From the human T2T-CHM13v2.0 reference genome, Homo sapiens, in assembly GCF_009914755.1 (NCBI RefSeq), contig NC_060930.1: 64,000 nt of DNA; one strand, written 5' to 3'. This document shows, one piece after another, positions 44,746 through 61,154 of the stretch. Each line of letters begins with the position of its first letter. Positions within the stretch are counted from its first letter, which is position 1. The translations under genes and the position numbers were made by a program. The notes under the pieces were generated by a model. That model worked only from the letters and a program-made list of their open reading frames with translations, did not search any database and was not told where the DNA came from.

Positions 44746-45580
44746 GTTTGATTACTTGTGGCTATGGTATGATTTTTCTACAAAGATCTTTTAGTACTAT
44801 TATCAACTTTAGATTGCCCATTCACATCTGAGAGATTTAATGTGATTCTTAAGGCTGAGATAATCTATTGAAATATTTCTATAACCTCTAATGTTTAATT
44901 AGGTAAGCAAAAACACTTCCCTCCCAAATTCCAGGTTTAGATTGTCACATATTTCTCTTAGGAAAACCATGAAGGAATTTCCTCCAATCTTTTTGGTAAA
45001 GAGTCAAGTTTAAATACATTCAATTACATGAAACCAAGGTAGGAATAATTATCCTACCTTGGATGGGCTATTCTCAATCTTTTTCTCAGAGGAAGCTGGG
45101 TCTCATATTTGGAGAAAAACATGGAAAAACTTAAAATAAATTTTGTCTAACACTGTACATTTTTTTAAATGGCCTTCATTTTAGTGAATCTAAAACATGA
45201 AACTTTTTCAGTCACCAAATATTGCAGATGGCCTTGCATACTCAATTTAGTAGCTTTACTCAGAAATAATTTTTGGCCAAATGTGTGTGAGGTTCCACAC
45301 AAGCCACATTCACCTCTCATTCCCTGGATATTGGGTCAGAGTCATACCAGAGGACATCAAGATATCCAGTCCCAGACTAGGGAGCTCCCCCTTAATTATG
45401 GAAGCTGAAAGAGTTCTAGAAAGAATTTTTTGATTCATCCAACAAATATTTATTGAGCCCCAGTTGTAGGCCAGGTGCCATGTTAGGCCTGGAGAAGCCA
45501 ATGTGAACAGGGCAGAGTTGATGTTTGCACAGGATATATAGTCTAAATTCGTTGCACCAACTTAGAAGAGTGGACATTTA

Positions 45581-45886
<306 letters not shown>

Positions 45887-46299
45887 GAAGAGTGGACATT
45901 TGTATGTTTCTCAGCCTATATCTCACCTTTCATCTTTCACCAAAGCTTCATGATTCTCTGTAAAACCTGTCTGGTTTCCTAGGAAGCCCTCTGGACTGCA
46001 GGTGACCTAGGATTGAACTATGTTTCTCAAAGCCACAATCCGGTCTCTGTGGTCCTGACTCAGCTGGATTTATGTGTAGAGGGAGGGAAAGAAGACCACA
46101 GCATCGTAAATCAATAAAGGGCTTTAAGCACATCCTGTGTGTCCCAGAGTGACTTAAGCAAAATGCCTGTTGAAGTCAGTGCTGGCATTATCAGAACTGT
46201 TCACCTCATGTCTAGACCACAGCCAGACATTTAATAACACTAATGACTAAGTGTACTAAGTCCATGCCACAAACCATGCACTGAACTAGGGGCACTTTA

Positions 46300-46900
46300 T
46301 ACAGATTCCTTCATTTAACTCGACAGGCCATCAAGTGGATACAATTGCCCTGTTTTCTAGATAAAACTGAAAGCTAGAGAGATCAATGGACTTGCCCTAA
46401 GTCCTGCATGGTGGTGCTGGATTCAAGGCCAGGCAGTCCAATACCAAAGCCTGGTCCACATTCAAACACAATGGCTTTCTTGCAGCTCTCCTCACCCTTC
46501 AAGCTCATGTCCTCAAAGCCATCTGACCTGCCATTAGCCCTGCTTCAAGACCCCCTCCTCCAAGATTGTCACACTGCCTTCTTCATACAAACGTTGGCCC
46601 AAATGTTACCACCTCAGAAATGTCTTCTGTCACTATCATATCGGAAATAACCCTCCTCCAAGCATGCCCTTTCACTTACCCTCTTTTATTTTTCTTTATC
46701 ACTCTTACCTCCACCTAAATTTTAACACTTCTGTCTCCTGAAACTGTATCATAGGTGTGTTCATTTTTTTTTTTCTTTTCGTCTGTCCCTATCACTGGTT
46801 CGTGAAAATAAGATGTGGATCTCCAGCACCTGGTACTGTGCCTGCCATGTTGTGGGTGAGCAAGACACATGTGCTGGATGTGTGAGTGAATCAATGAATC
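46300..46900. mobile_element. MIR followed by L2 3' fragment
   Basis: aaactga..gctagagaga...cttgcc; cagcacctggtactgtgcctg...tgagtgaatcaatgaat. Confidence 0.55.
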
Positions 46901-47737
46901 CCTACCACTTCTCTATCTTCTCCTCTTCCTCACTCCAAGATGTTTTCTGGCTGGAATTTCTGCCCATTTGAGTCCTCAGAGTTGGTAGAAGAGATCAGGG
47001 GAGGTTATTTGGTGTCATCTGTCACTTGAATATGTGAATACAAAGGTAGCTGAAGGATGACAGTCGCAGCTTTATCACCTAACTTCGTATGTGACCTTGG
47101 GAAACATGCCTTCCATCTGCTCAAAGTGAAAACTTATTCATCATGAGATGAAAGAAGAGGTTAATTAATTAATTTATGGGCATATTAATTTTTGGATAAA
47201 AAGCCCTAATAATTATTATAAAAAAAACAGTCACATATATTTTCCGGAGTTTCAGTGGCTATTTTAAGGAGGGCTGGGTTTCTACACAAGTGTCACCTCA
47301 GATGAACTCATGAAATAATAACATTATGCCTTGGGTTTTGGCTCATCTTGACTTTACTTGTGAAGCATGAATATAAAAATCTTCACGTTGTTCTGTGTCT
47401 TCACAATGTCAAGAATCTGTGATTCTACGTTGTGAAAGCTTGAACCATGTTAGAAAAATTCTGTTATTAAAGGGAGCTGAAGTGATGATCAAGAGCACCC
47501 CAGAAACAGTGGGGAGTCGAGGTAAGATTTTGAACATATTTGAAGTGAAAGATAAGTTATGGACAACAGAGTGTTTAATAAGTATATATCCTGATTTTGT
47601 TTGACATACGGGTTTTAATATTAGCTACAGAAAAATGGAAGGGAGGGGCTCTTAGCCTCTCTGGGGCCATGAACCTCTTCGGTAGGCTGGTGAAGCCTAT
47701 GGACCCCTTCTTAGAATAATATTTTAAATGCATTCTA

Positions 47738-48054
<317 letters not shown>

Positions 48055-50256
48055 GTATGTAAGATTACATGAGTACCCCTCCTGGATTCTAAATTCTGGG
48101 GCAACCCAATTATTTTACAGTTAGGGGAACAGGGGACCAGAAAGTAAAATGACGTGGGGCATCCACTTTAACCTAAGAATAGAAACACTTTCCTGGCAGA
48201 AGAAAATCATGCTGTGATCTAACACAATTAAGGAATGTTGTTCTAAGCCAATCCATATTTAAGAAGGTCTAATAAGGATGGTTTAATCTTGCTTTCAATG
48301 TTACTTTAGAACAGCAAGTACTTTTCCTTCATACCTCTATTTACACAAAGGATTTATTTGTATTACAAGCAATAAACTCTCTAAATACCTGAGCACTAAT
48401 CACATCAGCTTAATAAGTTTGGTAATGCATTCAAGATCTGGTATGAAAAGCTTGTTCCTAATAAAAATCTTCTTTAAACTCCAACTAGTTTATATAGTTT
48501 ATACCAATGCTCTAGAATACAATTGGGGATTGAAATGAAATTACTACAGGATATTTTCTTTAGAAAAGAAAAAGAAACTAAAATGTGAATATGGATGTAA
48601 AGGATTGACTCTTAGCAAGAAAAAAAATGGAGAATTATTTGGGTCTCTTTTAAAAACACGAGGAGAATCCATAGCCTCAAGATAAGAATGTGAAATGACT
48701 GTTCTCTTTAGATGTGATTTGGATTCCTGCCTCTGACAGCATGACTCCAAGCCTCACGTGTGATTACCCAGGCCAGTCCTTGCACCTGCAGTTGTAAATT
48801 GGACAGTCCATGAGATGTAAGAAGTATTTCCTTTTCCTAGATCCAAACTTCCTTCAACCCTGAGATTCTCCAACTCGTTGGCATTGCTTCTGGTCTAAGC
48901 AGTTCTCCGAAGCCCCTCTTCTCCATGTTGTAGCAAAAAGCAGAGGATCCAAAAAGCATCCAGAACAACTTTTAGATATTGTGTCCAAAATTCTCGAATA
49001 ACTATGTATGCCTTAACAAAGAAATGCCTAAATATCTCCCGCTAATTGTTTCTTAACACTACTAAATCTCCTGCATCTTTTCTTACAGCCAAAATCAGAA
49101 AGATATTTTTTAAAAATCATGCCCAAGTGATGGATTGTTCTGCAAAAAGCCTCGTGATGGTGTCTGGCAGGAACAGGAGTTTTTTTGGCAGCCTAGTATT
49201 TCTAGCTTACTTAGTTCCTAGCCTGCCCACTAGCCAGATCTTTACACAAGTAAAGAAGCCCAATTTGACATTTTTCCTATGTCTGCATCGTATTTTTAAG
49301 TCCTTTTCCTTCTTCCTGCTTAAAAACACAAAGGTAAATAAACCAGCATGATTTTTAAACAGACTCATGCTGTGCTCACTTACAGGGACAGAAAGAAAAA
49401 ATATGAGATGTTTCTTCCTTCAAAATGCTTACAGTCTATAACTACATTCTGGTTAATAAACCAAAATAAACATACAGAAGTAATACCCTATTGCTAAGGA
49501 CTAAGATGTGTTCTCACATTGTAACTTACATTATATCATACTCTCATACTTTACAGCATCTAAAGCACTCTCATATACATTAGATCATCTGATGTGCACC
49601 TGTACTCTAGGAGATAGGACAGATATTACTATGCCCATTACATAGATTAGAAATAGCTCAGAGAAGAAAAATCACGTAAAGGTCACACCACCAGTAAGTA
49701 GAAGAGCTGGGATTAGAACAGAGGTTTTCTGATTTTAAATTTATACGTTTGGTAGCCCAGAACTGAATTACTCTAGAAACACACTAGTAGTTCATACAAA
49801 TAAAGACCTCTAAAAAATGGAGTGGATTCAAAGAGGAGATAAAGCTTTCATTTAACTTCAAAAAGAGGAAGGATCTGGATAGAGCAGAGGCGGAAGGAAG
49901 GGGCCACAACAAGTGCTTTGTGTGTATTGACTTGGGTGTGGAGCAGTGGGGAATAAACCCACACTGATAAAGTATTGCCTCATTGCACAACCCCAGGGAG
50001 CATCATTCACTTTGTCCGTTATGTGGAGTCTATGGTGGCCCTGGAGCACAAGACTTAAGACTACAAGTAAATCGTGGCCCTATGGTCCTGCAGACACCCT
50101 GATAGAGCTGGGTGAGATAATGGAGGGTCTTGAAAAACCAGAGGTTTTGCCTCAAACATAGGTGATATAGAAGCAGAAAGAACATGGATTAGCTTTCAGG
50201 TACCTAGGGTTCTATTCCCAAATCTGTGTGCCCTCAATCTCCCAGAATTTCTTTTA

Positions 50257-50590
<334 letters not shown>

Positions 50591-50726
50591 TGTTGCCCCA
50601 GATCATTTCTAATCTCCTTTTCATCTGGAAAGCCATTTGACCTGTATGTCGTGGAAGAAAAGAGGAAAGCTTTGAAGATTTGTAAACATTGATGACATGA
50701 GGAAAATGGTATTTAAGGAATACTGG

Positions 50727-51179
50727 TGTGAAAGTTGCCAATACCAAAATGGAGTCACTTATGTCAAAACACAAACAAAATGGAGTCAGGAGGGCAAGAA
50801 AGAAGGAGCTCTTATCACAAGAGATTTCTGCACGTACTACATGATTTTCCTGTAACAGGACTTATTGCAAGGAAATCCCTCAAGACGGCAGTATTCCAAA
50901 TAATCTGTTTACACAAGGACACTTGCCTAGTTAGTCTGTCTCAACCAACCAATAAGCTAATGCCAACTCCTGTAACAAACTCATGTTACCTTTGGTCTTT
51001 GTAACCTTTGGTTACAGTCTATGTGGAATTCTTTTTGTCTTTCAAAGCTCCCCCTTTGCCCCAACCCCCAGATATGTCTATGAACCATCACAGCATGCAT
51101 ATCACAGGTTTGCAACACCCCCGCTATTCCGTATTAAACTCTTTGCTTCGGAGAGTTGGTCACTCATTTTAGGTTGACA
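50727..51179 (+). mobile_element. ERV1 (MER4-group-like) solo LTR
   Basis: TGTGAAAG...aaaatggagtcac ... attaaa ... ttttaggttgaCA; 4-bp TSD-like ctgg / gtgg. Confidence 0.75.
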
Positions 51180-51863
51180 GTGGTCTGGAGGATGGATGGG
51201 TGTGAGAAGGGCCTGGAATAGACAATGACTTCTGGAAGGGTATCCCAGTAATCTGACAACGAGATGATAAGAGGTAGCATAGGATGGCAGATATAGGAAG
51301 GAAACCATAAAAGCAACAGCCATTGTGATGATTGACTGAACTGAGAAAAAGCCCCAGAGCATCGCTCCGAGTGGCAGGAAGAGTGACTGCCCTCTAGAAA
51401 GGGAATGGAAGTGGTAAAGAACCCTGGTACAAGAGGAAAAGGAATTCAGCTTTGGGGTTGTTGTGTTTGGCTGACAGTGAAGCATGGAGGGGGAAAGGTT
51501 TAGTACTCATTGGGAAAAAAGGAGCTAGAAATCATGTGAGACGATGGAACTGGAAATAAGCGAGAGTCATCAGCTCAAGGGAGATAATTAACGTTCCTGA
51601 GAAAACAAGCATGAAAGCCTTTATAATGCATTAGCAAATGTGTTTTTCAGTTTTATAGCTAAAGAAACAGAAGGCGAGGAGACCTTAATGAAATGACCTC
51701 ACCTCTTATTTTAGATGGAATGGAAGCTAGTCATATATTTGAATAATTAACATTTTGATTTTTAAAGTTTATCACAGCAATGGACTGAATTTAGGGCCCT
51801 TGACCTTTTGAAATTTTTTCCCCCACAGTCACGTGTATTCTCTCTTAGGCCAGAGTCTGTTAC

Positions 51864-52540
51864 TGTGATGATTTTGTGCTGTGTTACTTAGCTAAGCTAG
51901 AAGGACATTTCCCAGAATTCCCTTCCCCTGGGTAGCTCTGGATTAGGGTTGGAAAGAAGAGAAATTTGCATGATTTGGAAGGCCAAAGTGACCCTACAGT
52001 GCTGTGCTTGAGGCATTGGTGCCGGGCCCTAGCCACCACCGCAGCTCGTGCACCCTGCTGCCGATCACTGGTTCCCCTTGTTGGAGTGAGGGCCCAGCGA
52101 GTTTGGCCAGATCTCCTCCTACAACTTCTCCAAGCACTAGACTGGGCTCTGGGAGAAGGCAGCAGTTTTTCTGCAGGTCGCCTGCCTCACTGGAGTGATG
52201 TGGCGAAAGACATGAGTGCTGCAGTTTCCTCCCATGGATTCCAGTTTGTCTACCGGATTCAGTGAGTCGTCTCTGCTTCCCTCTGCTTTGAGTCCAGCTT
52301 TTCCTCCGGCCTGCCCTGCTGCCAAGCAGAAGCTTCAGAAGGCCACCACCAGATGCCAAGACCGCAGTCTTCCACATACTTCTTCACCAGCTTCCCTCTG
52401 TGCCTTGATTAATAAATTTTTCCTTTTTCCCCAATTGTCCCCTTCTAGACCTTTGTGTTCTCAGCTTCTCCTACAATTGTGCGATACCAAATCCCTATAG
52501 GAAATGATTTGCCGTATCATTCACAGCAGTCCTAATTCCC
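51864..52540. mobile_element. Old ERVL-type LTR remnant
   Basis: gctaagctagaa...ttcccagaattcccttccc; GC-richer block ending aaatccct. Confidence 0.45.
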
Positions 52541-53496
52541 TGCTGCAATTGCTCAGGCTGTCTACAGATTACCCAGGCCCTACTATACCCAATCTCCCTT
52601 TAGTTGACTGCACTCGTGCATTTTTACTTATTTCCAAGGGACCATTAGCTCTTAGTAAATGATGATGAGATTTTTAAATGCATCTTAATATGCGTGAGAT
52701 TTTTAAATGTATCTTATATAAATGGTCATCATGATAGACTAGAAACCAGAATTGAATAATGTATAGAAAAACTATAGACTTCAGGTGTCTGACCCTGGGC
52801 ACCTCCACAACACCCAGAACTACCCAACTCCAGCTATTAAGTAAGAGAGAAAGAAACTTCTAATTTGTTTAAGCCATTGTTATTTTGGGCCTTGTTACAT
52901 CTGCTGAGCTTGAATTCTACATTCAGCATTTTCTCAATACGTTCAGTTATGAAAGTAAATGCACAGCAAAAACTCTCTTCTTGTTATTACCCTTCTTCTC
53001 TTTCATCCTATATCTCAGCCTTATAAAAAGTACATGTTCACTTACTTAGCAGAGCTTCAGAAAAGCAGAGACTATTTCTCTATTTTGCAAAATGCACAAT
53101 GGTCCATTAGTATCCTGATGGATGGACAATGGTACACTATTTTTATTCATTCTTCCTCCTAGTGGACTTTCAAGGAGAAGAATGAACTAAAAATAATTAA
53201 CATTTACCCTTAAGATCAACACAGGACTGCCTATTCCTGTCTTAGACTTGAGATTAATGTTGAATTTCAGAAGATAAAACATGTTTTCATTTATTTCAGC
53301 AAGTCACTTAATTTCTCTGAGACTCAGTATCTTCATTTGTAAAATGCAGTGAATATCCTTTCTTATCAGGCTTGTTTTGAAGGTAAAATGAAGTACTGCA
53401 AAGTACGTAAAAGCTGCCTAGCACAGTATTTGACATACTAGGTGTCAATAAATATTAGTGGAATCTAAAGCTTAAACCATATTTTAAAAAAATTAG

Positions 53497-53902
<406 letters not shown>

Positions 53903-56373
53903 TAAGGTATCAAATGATGTGTTAGAGACTGGAAGATTTGCTGCATTTTTCAAAATTACCCCAAAACTAAAGAGAGATGGGTGGCATGAAATTGAAAGGA
54001 CTCTAACCATGAGTAGGTTGGTTCAGGAGGCCTAAGATCAATGTCTCTCATATTGATCTCATATCATAATATGTGCCATGACATATACCCTTTTAACCTG
54101 AGAGGTTTTCTGAATTAGAAAGAAGAGGGTATCCCTTCCTTTTTTTGTGGCTTTTTCTTAGACTCTTAGCTAATCTTGACATTTCAAAAAATTGGACCAA
54201 GAAAATTGATGTACAAAGGAAATACTTTTAGTTTTATGTTGAATATACAAGAAGGACAAGAGATGCTAGCAGAAGAAACCAATGGAACAGTAACTACCAC
54301 CTGAAGTTTATCAAATGAGCAAAGCTTATTGTACTTGTTAACATAGAGAAGTTTCACACCCAAATCTAAGGTGTTCCTTGGTACAAGACTGCACCTATAT
54401 CTCGTCCTTCTGCTTTGAAGAGTTTCTTGAAATAAAAATGTAATAAAAATAAAATAAAGAAAATAATAAAAATGAAAATAAGAGGTTAGCTCAAATTTCA
54501 TTAGCTTAAAGTGTCATAGTAGCCATATGAGTATCTCATAGGTATACACTCAAGATAATTGAACCCCAAAATAATGGTAGAAATCTGTTTCCGGGAAACT
54601 GTTCATTAATGGTAATTATCATTGTTAAGTCTTAAAAAGCAGGTTTAAGGTTCAGGAGCAGGTCTGAGTCATCAGAGGCTGGTGGTATTGTAATGTTTAC
54701 TCTATCTGCCCAAGCAGTCTTATAGCGGGAAATATGTCTACTCACAGTGCAGAGGAAGGGCCATGTCTTGGTCTTCCATGTCTTGGACCATGACCCAATC
54801 TTGCCACAGCTGTTTAGGCCTGAACTTCCATCTCTGACTTGGCACAGCAAAGAGCAGCGTCAATCAGATTTCACCTAACCCTTCTCTCTCTCTCTTTGGA
54901 ATTTGAACAAATCAATATCTAGAAACTGAGTGCCCTTAGAAGTGGAATTAGAAGCTGAAAAATGAGGAGGTGGAGTTAGAGCAGGAGAGGACATATCAGC
55001 CATGTGCAAGTCTAGTTATTAATTGAGATTAAGCAGGCCAAACCTGCTGGTTGCTGACCAGAAGGAGGCAGATACAGAGAGTATAGCTCAGTCCATTCAC
55101 CTACAATCTCCCTGAAGATAGGGACAGTGTCTGTCTTGGTCATTATCCTTTCCCCAATATTTGGCATAGTTCCTGGTTATGAAAAAAATTCATCACTCAA
55201 TACATATTGCTTGAATTAATAGTTAATGAGTTTAGCAGTGGATGACTAAAGCAAGCCCCTACATGGCCTTCTTTCCAGAAACCCTGTCCAGTACCTAGAA
55301 CCAGAGCCCTACATCTCCCCATGAAATTCCTTCTTCAGCATAGCCTATACCTTCTTATTGGCCTGAACCTCCAATGTTTCCCATTATTTGAGCCAATTTG
55401 TTTGCCTCCTTGATCCTTTTCAACAAGTTTCAAAACCAACTTTGTGATAGAGAGGGAGAGACTTAGAAAGAAAGAGAAAGGAAGGAGAGGAATAAAAGAG
55501 AAAGAGAGAGAGAGGAATGGGGTAGGAGGTGGGGGTAATAGAGGCTACCTTTAAGCTTTTAAGTCCTCCTTTTTTTTCTAGTGAGGCGTACAAAAGACCC
55601 TTCACAGCCTCCCTACAGAGACATTCAGGCTTTAGATGTGAGGCTAATAGACAAGAGAACTACAACAAACAGCCTATTCTAGTAAATCCATCTCTAAAAG
55701 AGTTTGCCCAAGAGAGGTGTTTATACTTTGTCATTAGAGCAGACTAGTTATATAAAATAAAACCTCATAGCTATGTCCTTGTAAATTGTATTATGTTGAA
55801 TGATAGCAACTAGACTTTCATGCTTCTGTTTAATGGACAAGAGTAAAGTGCCATGGGAGGCTACTCTAGTGAATAAGATGTACTCAAAATAGTAATAATA
55901 ATACATCCTCCTTCTCAGCTCATAATGTCTTCCTTCTTTACTATCACTGGAATGCATCCACTATTGTGTCTTTAAGAAAATCTAAACCCTTGATTTTTTT
56001 CCTTCTACATAGGAAGAAACTCAGAGATGATATAGAGGAAAATGTTACCCATTTTATGAAAGCAAATTTTGCTTTCATAAAGCAATGTAATTCCCTTGGG
56101 CAATAAATATCTTTCCAGGTCTGGTTCATCCTCAATTAATGGGAATTAAAGTATCCTCATGTGACAGATAATGGGAAACTTATCTTTCAGTTGAATACTA
56201 GCCCTGTACTTTTCAGAAGCAGATATAAGCCAAGCATACTTTCTGCATTAGAAGGAACATCAGATGACCAATGTTATCCTTGTCTTCCTTCTAGCACTTA
56301 TGTTCATGAGGTACTATAGCAGTAGGATGCTCTGACTGGTCAAAAGCAATACATTAAAGAATAAAGTACTTAC

Positions 56374-57714
56374 TTGGTCCTAGACCAATTGAAAAAGCAG
56401 CAACATAAACAAGCAAGCTGGCTAAGGACAGCCATTTCAAAAAAGCTGGGACGTCCCCAGGGTCTGTGACTATCTGGTATTCAGTGTGGCTTAATCCAGC
56501 ATTTAGCAAGGATGCTGAGGTCGTCTCCCCTCTCTTATCCACATCATTTCTCAGGGGCATGAGTGAGCTTCTGCTATGGGAAGAAATCCCTTTGAAGTGG
56601 TCTCTGAGAGTATTGTTGTTGGTTGACAGGTTTCCTGGTCCATAAATCACAGACTCATCCAAGGACTGGTTGATAGAATTGTGGCTTCTGCAGATATGGG
56701 TGAAGTTCATGTGGATGTTGAGATTTACGATGCCCATGGTCACCAACGAAGCTGCCATCACAGAGGAGCCAATGCAGAGGAATGTTTTGCTGCCGACATG
56801 GTCTACAAGAAGAGTGGCAGGGATGGTGCTAATGACCTTGACGACTCCAACCCCAGTGGAGGCGAGGCTAGCTGCCTCATTGCTTTGAAATCCAACTGAC
56901 TTCAAAACAGTTGATGCATAGAACAATATGTTTGGTTGGCCAGTGATTTGTACAAAAAATACTAGTGTTAGTCCTATCATTATTCGGGTCCGCATGTTGT
57001 CTTTTGAACGAAACAGATCCCAAAAACTGTACTGATATTCATCTTTCAGGGAGGATTTGATCACAGTGAGTTCCTCAGTTGTATCTGAGAGTGCTCTTAA
57101 CCTTCCAAGAACCTTGCTAGCAGCTCCCTCTTGTCCTTTCATCACCAGAAACCGAGGGCTTGGAGGAAGAAAATACATTGCAATTGCTTGCAAAACTCCC
57201 AAGGGAATCACAAGACCAAACATGTACTTCCAGCCATGGAAAACATTGGCAAATGCGTAATTTGAAATATAGGCAGAAAGAATGCCGATGACAATCATCA
57301 GCTCATTCAGTGACACAAGAAGGCCTCTTCTGTGTTGAGGAGCAATCTCTGCGATGTAAACACAAGTGGCAATGGAAGAGAGGGAGATGGAGACCCCTAT
57401 GGCAATGCGTCCCACTATAAGAACCGTGTAGGATAAACTGAGGATCAAGACTAAGCTTCCGAGTCCAAGCAGGCAGGATGACAAGATGATTGCTGTCCTT
57501 CTTCCATATCTGTCTATCAGGACCCCTCCGGTGAGTGAGGCAAGGAGGGCTCCAATGACGAGGGAGCTCACAACCATTTCCTGCTCATGGCAGCTCAGGG
57601 CTAATAAGGTTTTGATCTGAAGAAGAGCCCCAGAGATGATCCCAAGTTCATAACCCACCAGGAGGCCACTGACAGCAGCAGTGACAGATGACAGGAAGGT
57701 AAACATGCCGCAGC
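56374..57714 (-). CDS. SLC2A12: SLC2A12 (GLUT12) exon 2, 1341 nt, encodes most transmembrane helices and the large glycosylated loop
   Basis: Acceptor ttgcAG (57716-15), donor GTAAGT (56373); sugar-porter motifs [20 protein letters not shown]; sequons NFT, NQS, NLS, NNT. Confidence 0.97.
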
Positions 57715-58599
57715 CTGCAAGCAGAGAGAAGAGACAGGGAGGTCAGTTCTCAGTTGAGATTTTAAACATTTTGTATTTGAGCGGAGATTTAACCTTGTAG
57801 AAGTCTTTCATAGCACTGGGTTTAAACGAACACACAATTATGATAAAATAATACACTAACCAAAAAATGATTTGATATAGAAGGAGAAATCATTTTTCTT
57901 TCTTTTTTGGGAGGATAGGCATGGAGACATGTAGGAAGTCCAGTTTCCTTCTATTTATGATGTTGATGTTTTTGGTTTAGATCAGACAGTGATGTTGAGA
58001 TAAGCAGATGACACATGATGAAGACTGAACAAACAAGAACATCATTTGGTTCATGACTTGGCAGTGGATCAGAAATTCAAAGAGCCTGACTCTTTGGTCC
58101 CATTCCAGTTCTCTAAAGGCAAATCTTTGAGGGCAGGAGAGAGAGGATAGGAGCCTCTAGAAGTGCTACAGCCTCCTTGCTGGATAGCCTGGGTCAAAAT
58201 GAAACACAGCCTCCAGGAAACTTGCCCTCTTATCTCCTGGGCCACAGTCGTGCTGCAAATGGCCTCTGCTGAACACATGAGGGTGTTGGGGCAGAGGGTG
58301 GAGGTGGGAGTGGGCAGTGTGTGAATGCCTTAACAAAGTCAAGGTTTTGCTAAACAGAAGGAAGGAAGAAATGTATGTAGTGTAAGGAACCAGCAATATC
58401 CCTTACTCATTCTGAGTAAGGAGAAAGGGGGATGGAACACAGGCAGAACAAGGAGAATTTACCTTTATATTGTTCTTTCGTTAATGTTCAAATCCAAGGA
58501 AAAATGTCAAAAAGTTAGTAACTATTAATTTTTGGTGGTAGGAACACAGATGTTTGTTATATGTTTGCAACTTGTCAAAATAGAAATAAAACAAAACAA

Positions 58600-59950
<1,351 letters not shown>

Positions 59951-60451
59951 AGCAAAGGAGATGGAGAAGAATCAGAACTGAGGTGTAAGTCAAATGTTAG
60001 AAATGTGATTACACACACGGTTTTCATAGGCTGAGCTAAGGCTGCCTTTTCGGGGTTGGGGGAGGGTATAGTTAAAAATGCTATTCAGCTCTAGTGAAAT
60101 AAGCAGGTCAAATAAAGGTGATCTAAAGCTCTACCACAAATACTCAAGGTATTTTCCATCTCCAGGATCCTAGTAGGCTATGGGAATTGGCAGCCCCAAA
60201 AATAAGGGGAAAAAAGCACTGAATATTTAGATGGAGGAGCAAATAAAGGTGCAATAATCCACAAGAAATAAAGCAAATTTATGAGCATTTTGAACAAAAC
60301 CCAGTAAACTGAAATTAAATCAGCAATTTATCTAGCTAATCAGAAAACAAAATATTTGGCACTGTTACATGGCAGGCATTTACCTGGGTACAGGGAGAAA
60401 TATATATATATATATTTGTTCTGTTTCACTGCTATATATATATAGCATATA

Positions 60452-60685
60452 TACCAACATGGAGTTATATGCTACAGAATTTAGCTGTGGTCTCAGTTGC
60501 CTGAATTTTAATATCTTCCCTATTATATGCTTTAAGGGACACTGCCCCAAACTAGCTTTCCCACTTCCTTTACTACTGATACTTAGGACTACTGTTTGAT
60601 CCTCAGCCTGTCCATTCGGGGTTTTGAATTCTAATTCACTGTATAAGGCTAGTCCTTAATGCTTCTGAGATTGTGGCTCTGATAC
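60452..60685 (+). repeat. 234-bp direct copy of 62186-62419
   Basis: Offset 1734; about 14 substitutions counted by eye. Confidence 0.95.
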
Positions 60686-60707
60686 CACATTTGTTCTGTT
60701 TCACTGC

Positions 60708-60822
60708 TATATATATATATTATATATATATATATAATTTATATCTATATATATAAATTATATATTATTTATATATAAATATATATTTATATAATATATT
60801 ACATATATTATATATATAAATA
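60708..60822. repeat. (TA)n / AT-only low-complexity tract
   Basis: Direct reading. Confidence 0.9.
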
Positions 60823-60824
60823 AC

Positions 60825-61154
60825 TTAATTTTTGGTGGTAGGAACACAGATGTTTGTTATATGTTTGCAACTTGTCAAAATAGAAACAAAACAAAACAAA
60901 AAAGCAACAGAGGGAAGAGTATTTCAGGCCCAGGAGAAAGTAATTTCCAAGGCCTTAGGACAGGAAAGTTCTCATTATGTTTTAGGAACTGTCAGATGGC
61001 CAGCATATAACATGTGGGGCACATTGTGAGCCTGGAGAGGTAGGACGGAAAGGGCTTAAAGTGAATTTGGGTAAGTACAGAGGGGGCACTTCAAGTAGGG
61101 CTTTGTCGGTCACAGTGATGACTTTTCATTGTGTTCCAAGTATAATGGGGCCAA
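60825..61154 (+). repeat. 330-bp direct copy of 58525-58854
   Basis: Offset exactly 2300; 7 substitutions counted by eye. Confidence 0.95.

Noticed and set aside
51966-52500. Cluster of overlapping ORFs up to 127 aa
   Set aside because: GC-richer LTR remnant with few stop codons; no recognisable domain or splice structure.
56670-57260. + strand ORFs overlapping SLC2A12 exon 2
   Set aside because: Antisense shadows of a real coding exon; short, with no independent signal.
56354-57706. 450-aa ORF as an intronless transporter gene or retrocopy
   Set aside because: It is bounded by consensus splice sites and continues in phase into exons at 34.9, 30.1 and 19.3 kb; the SKYFIL* end is intron read-through.
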